Source: an uncultured delta proteobacterium (GTDB lineage: Bacteria; Desulfobacterota; Desulfomonilia; UBA1062). Taken from it: a stretch of DNA of 64,000 bases. Positions 23,163-34,621 of the stretch are shown here, in pieces. The notes under the pieces are model-generated. The model was not told where the DNA came from. It was given only the letters and a program-made list of their open reading frames with translations, and made no database searches. Made by a program: the position numbers and the translations under genes. Position 1 is the stretch's first letter. The number at the start of each line of letters is the position of its first letter. The DNA lies in contig CAVVYZ010000007.1 of the NCBI GenBank assembly GCA_963752595.1, positions 1-64,000 of the forward strand, written 5' to 3'.

Positions 23163-24615
23163 TTGACCCCTAACCCCACAACTTTTGTACATAATGTCTT
23201 GAAACTGGCGTCCGGCACTGCCATTGCCCAAGCACTGGCAATAATTATCACCCCGGTTCTGACCAGGCTGTTCGCGCCGGATGCTTATGGTGTTGCGGCA
23301 CTGTTTATAGCGATATCCAGCGTGATCAACATCGTATCCTGCATGCGCTATGAGTTCTCGATAATGTTGCCCTCTGATGAAAGAGGCTGCAAACCTGTTC
23401 TTCGTCAGCCTTTTTTCAGTGATTCTGGTGAGTATTGTTTCTTTTGCTTTCATCCTCATAGGCAAGGGCACCATCACGCGCCTGCTAAATGCACCGGAGC
23501 TGGGTCAATACCTCTGGCTGTTGCCATTATCCGTGTTAGCCAGTGGCTTCTTTCTAGCGTTCTCTTCCTGGTTATCAAGGGCAAAGCAATTCGGCCAGCT
23601 ATCGGTTGCCACGGTTATGTCTTCGACATCAGTGCAAGCTTTCCAGCTCGGTTGTGGGCTTCTCGGATATACGAGCGGTAGGGCTATAATCGGCGCACAC
23701 ATCTTGGGCCAGATTATTTCCTCGGTTTTCCTCGGCATGAAGATATTCAGACAGGACTTCAAGTCTTTCAGCAGGAATATAAGTGTGAAAAGCATGCGGC
23801 AGGGGATCGTCCGCTATAAGAAATTCCCGTTGATAGACGTCTGGGGAGCGCTTTTGAATACAATATCCTGGCAGATCCCCCCCCTTATGCTGGCAGCGTT
23901 TTTCTCGCCGACCATAGTCGGGCTTTATGCAATGGGCAATGCTGTGATCAGGGCACCCTTAAATATTGTCGGCGGATCGATAGCCAAAGTTTTTTACCAG
24001 AAAGCTTCCGATGCGAAGAACAACGGGAACATCTCGAGTATAACCGAGCGGGTACTCAGCAGGCTCGTAGCCTACGGCCTGTTCCCGATACTCATGCTCT
24101 CACTCGTTGGAGAGGACCTCTTTCGCGTTGTCTTTGGGGAGAGATGGGCCGAAGCTGGGGTATATACTCAGATCCTGGCACCCTGGATGTTCTTCACGTT
24201 CATCTCTTCACCTTTGAGCACGCTTTTTTCAATATTCGAACGCCAAGGTTCTGCCCTGATAATTCAAATCTCCATATTCATCACTCGAGTCGGCTCTCTT
24301 TATATTGGATCTGTCCTGGGCAACGTATATATCGCCCTTCTCCTGTTCTCTCTCTCTGGAGTAATAATATATGGAATATTTTGCATATGGAACATGATGT
24401 TAGCTCATGTACCTTTATCAGTGGTTTTTGGCATTTTAATAAAATATTTTATATACTTCTTGCCTGCAGGAGTCATTGTAACGATTTTCCAAGTCATTGA
24501 GAGCAGTAGCATCATTATTTCGGTATCGAGTGTGATACTAGTATCTTTGTATTTCCTGGCGATATTCTATCAGGATGATGAGTTTAAAAGGCATTTATAC
24601 AATTTCTCACGATGA
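23163..24615 (+). CDS. wzx: Wzx-type polysaccharide flippase (frameshift near 23375)
   Basis: LASGTAIAQ...PVLTRLFAPDAYG, RYKKFP, VGLYAM, FGERW. Multi-TM. Confidence 0.85.
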
Positions 24616-25250
24616 AGAGTATGAGATCAATCATGAAGAGATTGATAAAATCCTTTGCCTATTTAATCAGAGCTGTAACTGTTCCTTTGTTTCTCGGAAT
24701 GTATTGGGGGGGGGTGATGACTATCCCAATAAGATCAATAAGATGATGTACATAAGAAATCATAGCTTTTATAAGGAACTGGTTCAATGTATATATTTCC
24801 AAAAAATTATAAGGCTTAATTCACACGTACCTTGGCCTGTCCATTTTACATCCGTGGTCTTGGAGCCAGTGAATATCCACTTTGATAAAAGGTATGTGAG
24901 AAACTTTATGGCTGCAAATTGTTACTGGCAGGCAATTGAGCCAATCATTTTCAAAGGCAAGTTCTTAGTTGCTCAAGGCGTTTCTTTTATAACCCAAAAT
25001 CATGATGTGTATAACATCACAGAACATGAGAAGACAAACAAACCAATAATCATTGGTGAAAATTGCTTGATCAGTCTAAACTCTGTTATCCTACCAGGCG
25101 TTGAGTTAGGTGATAACACTATCGTTGCTGCAAACTCAGTTGTAATAATGATTCCCCGAAGGAAATGTTGTTATAGCCGGAGCGCCAGCTAAAGTTGTCA
25201 GAAGGCTTGATCCTGAACAGATAGCTAATAAAGGGTCTGATAATGTTTAG
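24575..25250 (+). CDS. Hexapeptide-repeat (LbetaH) O-acyltransferase (frameshifted)
   Basis: PWPVHFTS, IIGENCLI...VILPGVELGDNTIVAANSVV. An alternate frame gives AGAPAKVVR to the stop at 25250. Confidence 0.75.
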
Positions 25251-25286
25251 CGACACTAATCAGTTGAATATTTCGACAACAGAATT

Positions 25287-26505
25287 CTAGTCCTTCATCA
25301 AGGTTGAAATTGAAAGAGATACCCTACGAGAAGCCGTCTAAGGAAAGAGAAGGACGGTGAGGGTATGAAGAAGTACGCAGTAAGGCTGAGCGAAGGAGAG
25401 AGAAAGAGGCTCGACGAGATCATCAAGAAGGGGCACGAGCCTGCATACAAGATCATGCATGCGAACGTGTTGTTAAAAGCGGATGCCGAAGGGCCTGGAT
25501 GGACAGACAAGCGGATAGCGGAGAGTTTCAACGTGTGCCTGAATACGGTGTTTAACATCAGGAAGCGATATGCTGAAGGAGGATTGGAAAGGGCGTTGAA
25601 TTTAAACAGGCCCGACGAGCCGCCGCACAAGAGGAAGCTGGATGGAGCGGGAGAGGCCAGGCTGATAGCATTGAGCTGCAGTAAGCCGCCTAAGGGGCAT
25701 GCGAGGTGGGACTTGAAGCTCTTGGCGGATAAGGCGGTGGAGTTGGAGATTGTGGATAGCATCAGCTATGAGACGGTAAGGAAGACGTTAAAAAAAACGA
25801 GATCCGACCACAGGGAGAAAAGATGTGGGCGATACCGCCCAAGGAGAATGGGGAGTTTGTAGCGCGGATGGAAGATATTCTGGATGTCTACCAGAAGCCC
25901 TATGATCCTCGGATACCACTGGTGTGTATGGATGAGAAGCCGGTGCAGTTGATTAAGGATGTGCGGGAGCCGATCCCTGCGGAGGCGGAAAGCCCAAGCG
26001 GGTAGATAATGAATACAAGAGGAACGGGACAGCGACCGTGTTCATGCATACCGAGCCTTTGGGCGGCTGGCGTCATGTGAGCGTGAGGAGACGAAAGACA
26101 GCGGTCGATTGGGCCTATGAGATCAGAGATCTTCTCGAGATCTATTACCCGGATGCCCAGAGGATTTGCCTGGTGATTGACAATCTGAACATTCATAAAA
26201 TCGGATCTCTCTATGATGGCATTCCCCCCTGAGAAGGCCCGGGAACTGGTGAAACGTCTCGAAATTCATTACACGCCCAAGCACGGGAGTTGGCTGAACA
26301 TCGCTGAAGTGGAGATCAGTGCTTTATCACGACAATGCCTCAAGCGAAGAATCGGGGACATTGCCACACTCAAGGGAGAAGCAACAGCATGGGAGAGGAG
26401 CAGAAATGAACACCAAAAGAGTGTCGATTGGAGATTCACTACCAATGACGCCCGTATCAGACTGAAACGCCTTTACCCACATGTTCAATGCTGAAGAAGG
26501 ACTAG
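25287..26505 (+). mobile_element. IS630 family insertion sequence
   Basis: CTAGTCCTTC ... GAAGGACTAG terminal IRs. HTH ORF 25365.., A-run slippage site at ~25790, DDE segments (MDEKP, DNLNIH, TPKHGSWLNIAEVE). Confidence 0.93.
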
Positions 26506-26506
26506 T

Positions 26507-27610
26507 ATGATCATAATCAGGCACCCCCTTGTAAACGAGCACGAGGATATCCGAGACCTCCTTTATAAGAATGGATTTAATCATTTGATTAATAGTGGAG
26601 TGCATCATTGGCAATTCATCGCTCATAATAATAGCAGGCCAATCATTGAGATTGCCATCGACCAGGCAAAGAACTGTATTGTTGGCCATTACGGCCTCAT
26701 CCCTTATCCATTTCTTTTTGATGGTAAATCATACCCGGGCGGTAAAATAGAAGGCTCCGTAGTACATAAAGACTACAGGTCGAGCAACATTTCCCAGAAT
26801 CATCCTGAACTTAGAAATATCAAGATCTTTCCTCAGCTGATTGAAGAAATGAAGAAAGAAATCAAAGATCGCATGGTCGATTTTGTTTTCGGATTTCCCA
26901 ATGATCGAGCAAATAAACCCCAGCAAAACGCCTTTCATGATTTCACCTTTCAGGCATCGAACTTTGTTAAAATCCTTAACTTTAATAAGTACTTGAAAAT
27001 TAAATTCAATATTCAAAATAATATCCTGAACAAGGGAGTGTCCTCCATTCTGAGTTTTGCTCTCGACAGGAAAAGTCCCTCACTGGTACTTGAGTATAAG
27101 ACTGACATGCACACAGGTGTTCCTGATGATATCCACGACCTCGCAAGCGAATCCCTCGGTAAAAACGATTTGATAAGCATAGATAGGAACCCGGATTTCA
27201 TTCGGTGGAGATATCGGGATAACCCTGTAAAAAACTATTCTTTTCTTTCCTCACATCATAATGGGACCCTCAAAGGATGCCTGGTATACTCTATTAGCGA
27301 GCAGGGTGGTCTGATAAACGCGGAGGTATCCGATCTAATTTGTGATTTAAAGGATACCGAAGCGGTCAACCGTCTCCTGGTGAACTGCATTGAAATCCTC
27401 AGAAGGGAGAGGGCTGATATCGTTTCCTTCTTTGTAAACAAAAGCAGAAAGCTGCAAACCCTTTTCAAAGCTCTCTCCCATCTTGGTTTCATCGAAAGAA
27501 GCACAATACAAAATGCTTTCATGTATATTTCAGAGAGAATCAGTCAAGAATCCAATTTTATTTATGACATAAATAATTGGTACATAACTTCTCTTTTCAA
27601 ACAGTATTGA
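26507..27610 (+). CDS. GNAT-domain protein (FemAB/Eis-like, glycan modification)
   Basis: IVGHYG, VHKDYR, FGFPN, RWRYRDNP. Confidence 0.7.
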   Translation: MIIIRHPLVNEHEDIRDLLYKNGFNHLINSGVHHWQFIAHNNSRPIIEIAIDQAKNCIVGHYGLIPYPFLFDGKSYPGGKIEGSVVHKDYRSSNISQNHPELRNIKIFPQLIEEMKKEIKDRMVDFVFGFPNDRANKPQQNAFHDFTFQASNFVKILNFNKYLKIKFNIQNNILNKGVSSILSFALDRKSPSLVLEYKTDMHTGVPDDIHDLASESLGKNDLISIDRNPDFIRWRYRDNPVKNYSFLSSHHNGTLKGCLVYSISEQGGLINAEVSDLICDLKDTEAVNRLLVNCIEILRRERADIVSFFVNKSRKLQTLFKALSHLGFIERSTIQNAFMYISERISQESNFIYDINNWYITSLFKQY

Positions 27611-27632
27611 TATATGACATTAAATTGAGACC

Positions 27633-28805
27633 TTGAACCGTATAAAAATAAACCATCGTAAACTTCTCCGTGGGCATTATGAACTGGAGCGTATGCCAAG
27701 CGACTTCACTCCAGACAGAATTGTCCCGGATTTTGCCTTCAATGTTTTGAACCAGGCAGGTTTGCTCTACCGTCCGGTGGTGGATGAGAGTCATTTGGAA
27801 AACTGCGGAAGCAAGCCCAAATGGCCGCAAAATAAACCATTCGCAGTATGTTTGACTCATGACGTTGATTCTGTAAATGAATTATATCTACCTCAATCCC
27901 TGAGGTCCTGGTCAGCTCAATTCTCAAACACTGTTCCAGTGAGAAAAAAGCTGATGAAGAGTGCAAATTTTTGTAGGGATATCTTGAAATCATTTACAAG
28001 AGGCGGTGATAAGGATCCACAGAATTGCTTCGAGGCTTGGCTGGATGCTGAAAGCGCTATTGGTGCAAAGTCCACGTTCTTTTTCTGGCCTGGACTGAGT
28101 GCCGTCAGAAAACGTCATTACTCTGATTGCCCTTACAACCTGTCCGACCGGGTCATATTCGAGGGCCAAAAATGCACCATAGCAGAAGTGATAAGAGAGA
28201 TCGATGGGAGAGGTTGGGAGATAGGTCTCCATTCTTCCTGGTTCTCCTATGATGATGCCGATGAGATCAAACGGCAGAAGGAGGCCCTGGAGCGCACGCT
28301 CCAGAAAGAAGTTCTCAGTGTACGCCAGCATTATCTGCATTACGATATAAGGGTTACTCCACGAGTGCACTCAGAAGCCGGGTTTGCCTATGATTCTTCT
28401 CTCGGATTCAACGACAACATCGGTTTCCGTTTCGGAACTTCATATCCATGGCACTTGTATGACTTAAAGAAGGATCGATTCCTTGATATTGTGGAAATAC
28501 CGAACATCGTCCAGGATGGGGCATTACTCCTTACAGAGAAAGGAATGCGCCTTGATGAAGATACCGCCTTTCTTTATATCAAACAAGCAATTGGAGAAGT
28601 TAGTAACGTAGGCGGCGTCATAACACTCGTTTGGCACCCCCACCGTATTACGCAAAAGAGTTGGTGGAATCTCTACATCCGCACTCTTGAATACCTTAAA
28701 GATAAGAATCCATGGTTTGCTACTGTCAAAGAAATTGGTGAATGGTTCAAAGAAGAAAACCGACAAATCCTTAATGGGTATCGAGAATTTACTGAAGATG
28801 TTTGA
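27633..28805 (+). CDS. Polysaccharide deacetylase family protein
   Basis: FAVCLTHDVD, EIGLH, RQHYLH, YDSSLGF, TLVWHP. Confidence 0.88.
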   Translation: MNRIKINHRKLLRGHYELERMPSDFTPDRIVPDFAFNVLNQAGLLYRPVVDESHLENCGSKPKWPQNKPFAVCLTHDVDSVNELYLPQSLRSWSAQFSNTVPVRKKLMKSANFCRDILKSFTRGGDKDPQNCFEAWLDAESAIGAKSTFFFWPGLSAVRKRHYSDCPYNLSDRVIFEGQKCTIAEVIREIDGRGWEIGLHSSWFSYDDADEIKRQKEALERTLQKEVLSVRQHYLHYDIRVTPRVHSEAGFAYDSSLGFNDNIGFRFGTSYPWHLYDLKKDRFLDIVEIPNIVQDGALLLTEKGMRLDEDTAFLYIKQAIGEVSNVGGVITLVWHPHRITQKSWWNLYIRTLEYLKDKNPWFATVKEIGEWFKEENRQILNGYREFTEDV

Positions 28806-28826
28806 TTTTTAATATAAAAAAGATCA

Positions 28827-30013
28827 CACTCACATGACGCCAGCCGCCCAAAGGCTCAGTATGCATGAACACGGTCGCTGCCCCGTTCCTCTTGTATTCT
28901 TTGTATTACTACTACAGTTGGAATTGATTACAAAGTGAGTTCAAAGCGCGTCTTTTTTTGTAGTGGTAATATTTAGCTATAGCCTGATGGGTTCGCCTGA
29001 AGTGGGACCAGTGAAGCACTACCTCCTTGACCTTTTGCACACAGAGGAAGAGGTCCCAGAGAAGCCGACGGATCTCCCGGACCGTTAGTGAGGTCTGAGT
29101 CCACGATACTCTTTGAAGCGAGCAAGGCTTCCCTTCCTGGCCGGCTGCTTTTTTTTAACCGCTTCCCTGTCATCCCTCTTGGGTACACACAGGAGTGCAT
29201 AGGCAAACAGCGAAAGCGTGACATGCCGATACCACCCGGTGAAGGATCGAACCTCATACTCGTCAAGGCCGGTTTCCTGCTTTGCATCCTCAAAGCTTAC
29301 TTCCACAGCCCATCGAATCCCTGCAATCTGAACCATCTCGGCAAGCTCTGTCTCTGATGGGGCGCAGACAACATGGGCTTTGAGGTCTTGTGGATCATTA
29401 ATGCTTCTCCTCACCAGAAGCCATCTCTTCCATCCGCACTACAAACTCCCCATTCTCCTTGGGTGGTATCGCCCACATCTTTTCTCCCTGTGGTCGGCTC
29501 TCTTTTTTTTAACGTCTTCCTTACCGTCTCATAGCTGATGCTATCCACAATCTCCAACTCTACCGCCTTATCCGCCAAAAGCTTCAAGTCCCACCTTCCA
29601 TGTCCCTTAGGCGGCTTACTGCAGCTCAATGCTATCAGCCTGGCCTCTCCCGCTCCATCCAGCTTCCTCTTGTGCGGCGGCTCGTCGGGCCTGTTTAAAT
29701 TCAACGCCCTTTCCCATCCTCCCTCAGTGTATCGCTTCCTGATGTTAAAAACCGTATTCAGACACACACTGAAACTCTCCGCTATCTGTTTGTCTCTCCA
29801 TCCAGGCCCTTCGGCATCCGCTTTTAACAACACGTTCGCATGCATGATCTTGTATGCAGGCTCCTTCCCCTTCTTGATGATGTCGTGAGCCTCTTTCCCT
29901 CTCCTTCATTCAGCCTCACTGCGTACTTCTTCATATCCTCACCGTCCTTCTCTTTCCTTAGACGGCTTATCGTAGGGTCTGTCTTTAAATTCTCAACCTT
30001 GATGAAAGACTAG
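28827..30013 (-). mobile_element. Second, disrupted IS630 copy (inverted relative to the first)
   Basis: Left end CTAGTCTTTCATCAAGGTT at 30013. 29415-29950 is near-identical to 25350-25880. A detached fragment at 28827-28899 matches 26011-26083. Confidence 0.85.
28905..29414 (-). mobile_element. IS701-family transposase 3' fragment nested in the IS630 copy
   Basis: RWAVEVSFEDAKQETGLDEYEVRSFTGWYRHVTLSL is the IS701 C-terminal signature. IS701-like end CAACTGTAGTA at ~28909-28920. Confidence 0.75.
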
Positions 30014-30034
30014 TCCTACTATAGTACCAAATCA

Positions 30035-30072
30035 AACGGCCTGTCCACACCTCACGGTATGGACAGGCCGTT
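30035..30072 (-). terminator. Intrinsic terminator downstream of the beta-propeller gene
   Basis: 13-bp perfect stem AACGGCCTGTCCA/TGGACAGGCCGTT followed by T-rich sequence on the minus strand. Confidence 0.7.
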
Positions 30073-30097
30073 ATAATATTTTTTATCTTCTGTAATC

Positions 30098-31636
30098 TTA
30101 TTTTATGTCCACATCAATCCGCACCGCATTCTGAGAGATCTCTGTGGGAGATAGCATCCTCATCTGGTAGCCGGGGACGTTGAAGCGTTTGTTTGAATCG
30201 AATGTCAGCTTGGCTCCCTTTAAGAAGAATGCGAGCCTCTCCTTTCCCTCCACGCCGTTTACTACAGGCAACCACAAGTCTCCTATGAATCCCATGAATA
30301 CAAAATGCCCGGAGTCGGGGCTGAACACGGGGAAATTGACCTGGTCGTAAACTTTCGACTCTTTGCCGTCCTTCACCACCACCCACTTCTTATCCTTTTG
30401 CGCCATGTACACAAAATGCCGCGAATCCGGGCTGTACAAAGGCTCAGGATAGACCACTTCGTAACTGGGCCCTTCTTTGCCGTCGAGAACCCATGCGTAG
30501 TTGTTGCCCTTCTTGATCCAATAGGCATAGCGCTTCGAATCAGGGCTGAAGGCGGTACCATACTGGCTGTAAACGACCTCCTCGTGCATCGGTCCCTCTT
30601 TGCCGTCTATGATAGCAACCCATTTGCCCCCCTTCTTGACGGTCAAGATCGTGCGGGTCGAATCGGGGCTGTAGGAGAACTGCCGGATCATGTCGTATTT
30701 CTGCCCCTTCACGCCATCGATAACCATGATGTCTTTGCCGTCTTCCTGCACGAGATATGCAACGTGTTTTGAATCAGGGCTGAATTGTGGGGCTGCTACA
30801 TCTGCAAACCGCTGTCCTTCCTTTCCGTCTACAATCATGAAGCGCTTGCCGCCCTGCTTTGCCGAATAGGCAAAACGCTTGCCGTCGGGGCTGAAACCGT
30901 ACAATGCCCCGATCTCTTCGTACACCGGGCCTTCCTTGCCATCCTGGATTAAGACCTGCTTCTTCTTGTCGGCAGTAAGATGAGCGACATAGACAAGGTG
31001 CTTCGAGTCAGGGCTGAATGTGGCATAGGTAACTCTCTCGTATGTTTTCTGCTGCTCGCCGTTCACAATGGCGAACATCTTTTTCCTGTGCGCGACTGTA
31101 TAAGCGACCGACTTGGAATCAGGGCTGAACCTGATATTCGTCTTGGCGGGGACGATATCATATTTGGTCTGCTTCTTGCCGTCGATCACGGCCATCATCT
31201 TGCCTCCCTGCTCCGCAACGTAAGCAATACGCTTTGAATCAGGGCTGTAGAGGGGTATGCTGATAGCATCGAAACCCTCGTGCTCCTTCGAGCCCTCGAC
31301 GATGAACCACTTGGTCCCTCTCCTTGCGCAATACGCATAATGCTTCGAGTCGGGGCTGAAGACAGGGGTGTCTTTCATGATCAGATCATACGCCTTCTGA
31401 ACCTTGCCATCAAAGATGACACAGAACTTCTTGTCTTTTCTGGCTACCCCTGCAACATGCTGAGAGTCGGGGCTCACTATCAGTGATTCCGGGATCAGAG
31501 TCCATCCGTCTACAACAACCCCTGTGGAGATAACCACCTTTTCATTAAACTTCGCCTCTTCTGCCATACCCGATGAAAAAGGCCAGGCAAATGAGAAAGC
31601 CGTAAGTATGCATACCAGACACCCGATGCTTTTCAT
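30098..31636 (-). CDS. Secreted WD40/PD40 (TolB-like) beta-propeller repeat protein
   Basis: Signal peptide and about 11-12 repeats of ~38 aa: FSPDSKHxAY...K...V.DGKE. Confidence 0.85.
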   Translation of the reverse strand: MKSIGCLVCILTAFSFAWPFSSGMAEEAKFNEKVVISTGVVVDGWTLIPESLIVSPDSQHVAGVARKDKKFCVIFDGKVQKAYDLIMKDTPVFSPDSKHYAYCARRGTKWFIVEGSKEHEGFDAISIPLYSPDSKRIAYVAEQGGKMMAVIDGKKQTKYDIVPAKTNIRFSPDSKSVAYTVAHRKKMFAIVNGEQQKTYERVTYATFSPDSKHLVYVAHLTADKKKQVLIQDGKEGPVYEEIGALYGFSPDGKRFAYSAKQGGKRFMIVDGKEGQRFADVAAPQFSPDSKHVAYLVQEDGKDIMVIDGVKGQKYDMIRQFSYSPDSTRTILTVKKGGKWVAIIDGKEGPMHEEVVYSQYGTAFSPDSKRYAYWIKKGNNYAWVLDGKEGPSYEVVYPEPLYSPDSRHFVYMAQKDKKWVVVKDGKESKVYDQVNFPVFSPDSGHFVFMGFIGDLWLPVVNGVEGKERLAFFLKGAKLTFDSNKRFNVPGYQMRMLSPTEISQNAVRIDVDIK

Positions 31637-31799
31637 TCCTGATTCTCCTTTTTGAGTACTATTCCGCTTTTGTCCGAAGGTTTGCAGTAAATATACAATG
31701 AATTGCTGAAAGTTTCAAGGATCCCTTAAGCTTGTGCCTCGCCATCGCAAGATGCTTCAAGGGGTAAAACAGCATATCACTCAAGCGGGCACGCCCATC

Positions 31800-33479
31800 C
31801 TACCACTTGAACACTTGATTCAGCTGAAATAGCCATATCGTCATTTCCTGTTTCCAGATCAACCCTGCATAAGGATTGTAAACGATCTTCGTAAAATCGG
31901 TTGAGTTCATGTTCGTGCTCTCATTAAACCCGACTGTCTTGTCCTTGACCGCAACGCGGGTGACAGTTATGTCTATCGCCGAAGGGTGCTGAAGCTGCTG
32001 CAGCATCTCATGAAGGTTCTTGGGCTTGGGCTTGGGCTTGTCCTCGACAGTAATGCCTATTCCTGCAGACAAGAGCTCCAAGTCGTTCATGGGTATGGGG
32101 CCGAACTTATCATCGGGTACGGAAGTGGGCCTGGGGTCATACCCGAATCGGAGGGCAACCTTCTTGATAGGACGGATCTCGAGACCATAACTTAAATGCC
32201 ACGTATTCTCGAGCCCGAGATCTATCACCATGGACTTCGGCCCGCCTGTGTATCCAAGCATCCGGGTGAACCGGAGCAGCTGAATCTTCTGGTCAAAGTC
32301 TATCTTGAGCTCAGGCCATGCTTCCCAGTCGGTGTAACTGGCGTCGCAGGTAAAGGTGATCTGTTTGATTGGCCTGATCTTCACCCCCATCTGCAGGCGT
32401 GAGGGCCATGTCATGGTGACCGATGCTGTGCCTTTCTGATAGGGGACGGCCTGATGCGGCAGGTCGAACATTGCGGCCGCAATGATCGTCATGGGTGATC
32501 TGCCGAGCCAGTTCACAGTTCTCTGGAACCGCTCGCCATAGGTGAATTTATAATCGCCTTCCATGGTCGTTTCAGATTCGCTCTGATAGCACACGCCGAA
32601 GCTGATCCATGTGAAAGGCTCCCAGTAGAGACCCAGGTTGTAGGAGGTTGTAAAGTAATCATTCACCATGAGCTCCAGAGACCCCATCTGCTCATAAGGC
32701 GACATGCCTCCGCCGAACCAGGGTGGAGGCAAGGTGAGCTCAGACACAATCGGTATCTCGAGGCCTTCCGTTGACTTTCCCAAGGCGCCGGTGAGTGCGA
32801 CCATTGTGTTGGGGCTCCTCATATTCGTCTCAAAGCTGAAGATCGTGAGCCCCAGGCCTACTGAAGCTCCCACGGAAAGAGTGTCGGTCACCTTATATGC
32901 AACGGCCGGTGCAGCCAGCACCATGCGAAGGAAGAAGGCCTTCTCGCCTAATAGGCTGTTAGGGTCCTGATCATGATGTTTGAGCCCCACGGCAAACGGC
33001 GCATACTGCCCCAAGCCGAAGGTCAAACGGGAGCCCGGCTCCGGCGGCTTGTAGGAGATTCCCATGCCGGCACCGGCAAGATAGGGGACCTCGAGGTTGA
33101 TGATGGGGATTACCATGTATCCACTCTGCTGCTCACCGGTCTTACCGTCCAGGGGATCCAATCCGAAGAAATCACCGAACGGCGTCCACGGCTGTCCTGT
33201 CGCGGGGTCATCACCCAGCTCGTAATAGGTCTTTCTCTCCCCCAGGCCGAAAAGCAGGCCTTGATCGTTTCTTGTACCCTCGAAAGCAGTCAGCATGGCA
33301 GGATTGTAGTGGATTGCCATCGTTCCGCACCCTTCGGGATAGGCGGTGACTGCGCTCCCGAGAGCGCCGGCGGTGGGGCATACAGCAAGCTGTTCAAACA
33401 GCGCTGCACGCGCGTGAACGGGAAGTAATAAAGACATGCACAGAATAATCCATGCAGCCGAACCTCTTTTACAAGTCAT
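31800..33479 (-). CDS. FadL/TodX-family outer-membrane protein, FilD-like
   Basis: Signal peptide, ALGSAVTAYP...AIHYNPA, terminal aromatic W, IVYNPYAGL. Position in a Fil-type operon. Confidence 0.8.
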   Translation of the reverse strand: MTCKRGSAAWIILCMSLLLPVHARAALFEQLAVCPTAGALGSAVTAYPEGCGTMAIHYNPAMLTAFEGTRNDQGLLFGLGERKTYYELGDDPATGQPWTPFGDFFGLDPLDGKTGEQQSGYMVIPIINLEVPYLAGAGMGISYKPPEPGSRLTFGLGQYAPFAVGLKHHDQDPNSLLGEKAFFLRMVLAAPAVAYKVTDTLSVGASVGLGLTIFSFETNMRSPNTMVALTGALGKSTEGLEIPIVSELTLPPPWFGGGMSPYEQMGSLELMVNDYFTTSYNLGLYWEPFTWISFGVCYQSESETTMEGDYKFTYGERFQRTVNWLGRSPMTIIAAAMFDLPHQAVPYQKGTASVTMTWPSRLQMGVKIRPIKQITFTCDASYTDWEAWPELKIDFDQKIQLLRFTRMLGYTGGPKSMVIDLGLENTWHLSYGLEIRPIKKVALRFGYDPRPTSVPDDKFGPIPMNDLELLSAGIGITVEDKPKPKPKNLHEMLQQLQHPSAIDITVTRVAVKDKTVGFNESTNMNSTDFTKIVYNPYAGLIWKQEMTIWLFQLNQVFKW

Positions 33480-33489
33480 TACTCACACC

Positions 33490-34563
33490 TCATAGCACAA
33501 AATTAAACGGGGCACGGAAACTCAAGGAGAAGCCGGTCCCGGTAAGCCCATAACCGAGACTGAAAGACAGAGTTGTTTTGTTCGTGGCTTTCCATCCCAG
33601 GCCGAACCCGAGAGTAGCGGATACGGTATCTCCGGATTTTAACACACTAGTTGCGTTTTTATAATAGTAATCATGGCTGTAGGTATATGAATAACTGATG
33701 GAGCTGTTGACCGACACCTTATAAGACAGGGCGTATGCAAGCCCTGCCGAGGCAGAGATCTCATTGCCTGTCTTTACCTTCTCGAGCACATATCCCTCAG
33801 AAATGGTATGGTCAAGATCGGTAGCATCCATGTTGTAGACATAAGACAAGTTCCAGAAGGCAACGATCGGGTCTATCTGTTTGCTGAAACTCCCTCCTGC
33901 CGCGATGGAATAGATTCCTCCTCCTGTAGAAAGCTCTGTTTCCGTGTTGATCTCATAAGGACTTCTGCCTGTCGGCAAGCTAACGCTCAGGCTGAATGTC
34001 TTGGCTACATCACCGGCCTTTGACTTCCATGGCTGGAACGATATGCCGGCAGATAAGTCTCCGATATCGGTCTCGTCTATCTCTCTGCTGGTTCCGAGCT
34101 TATGGTACCTGTACACGAAGGGGATGGTCGTACTGGCCGAGAGGTTGTCGAGGATGCCGTATGAAGTGCTGACGATGTGCTTTATGGTGTGGTCAGCTTC
34201 ATCCGTGACGAGAAGCTGGCTGTCGAATCTCTCGCTGGGTGAATACCCATACATCAGTGTGTAATCAAGCCCTACGGAATGCTTTGCATCCAGAGTATAT
34301 TCCCTGCCGACAGCCTCGAGAACATCCTTTTCTTTTTCCTGCTTTTCCTGCTCGGTGATTTCGAGCTTTCTCCTGGCACGACTCTCTTCGGTAAGCTCGT
34401 TGATCCTTTTCTCCAATTCTTCTATCCTGTTCAGCAGCTCCTCTTTCTGGTTGTCCTCACTCCCGGGTGAACCGTTCGTGTCCGGCTCTTCCTGTGCGTT
34501 CACAGCCCCGGCAAGTATAAAAAAGCAGTAGAGTGCAACAATCACAGATGCCTGTTTCTTCAC
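33490..34563 (-). CDS. Outer-membrane beta-barrel transporter with N-terminal coiled coil (FilC/FapF-like)
   Basis: Signal peptide, heptad coiled coil, IGDLSAG, LPTGRSPYEI, LSTGGG, IDPIVAF. Confidence 0.8.
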   Translation of the reverse strand: MKKQASVIVALYCFFILAGAVNAQEEPDTNGSPGSEDNQKEELLNRIEELEKRINELTEESRARRKLEITEQEKQEKEKDVLEAVGREYTLDAKHSVGLDYTLMYGYSPSERFDSQLLVTDEADHTIKHIVSTSYGILDNLSASTTIPFVYRYHKLGTSREIDETDIGDLSAGISFQPWKSKAGDVAKTFSLSVSLPTGRSPYEINTETELSTGGGIYSIAAGGSFSKQIDPIVAFWNLSYVYNMDATDLDHTISEGYVLEKVKTGNEISASAGLAYALSYKVSVNSSISYSYTYSHDYYYKNATSVLKSGDTVSATLGFGLGWKATNKTTLSFSLGYGLTGTGFSLSFRAPFNFVL

Positions 34564-34621
34564 GTATTACTCCTCCTGTTCTGACCAGCCCTGAGCATGT
34601 CTATTGTGCCCTCATATGATA

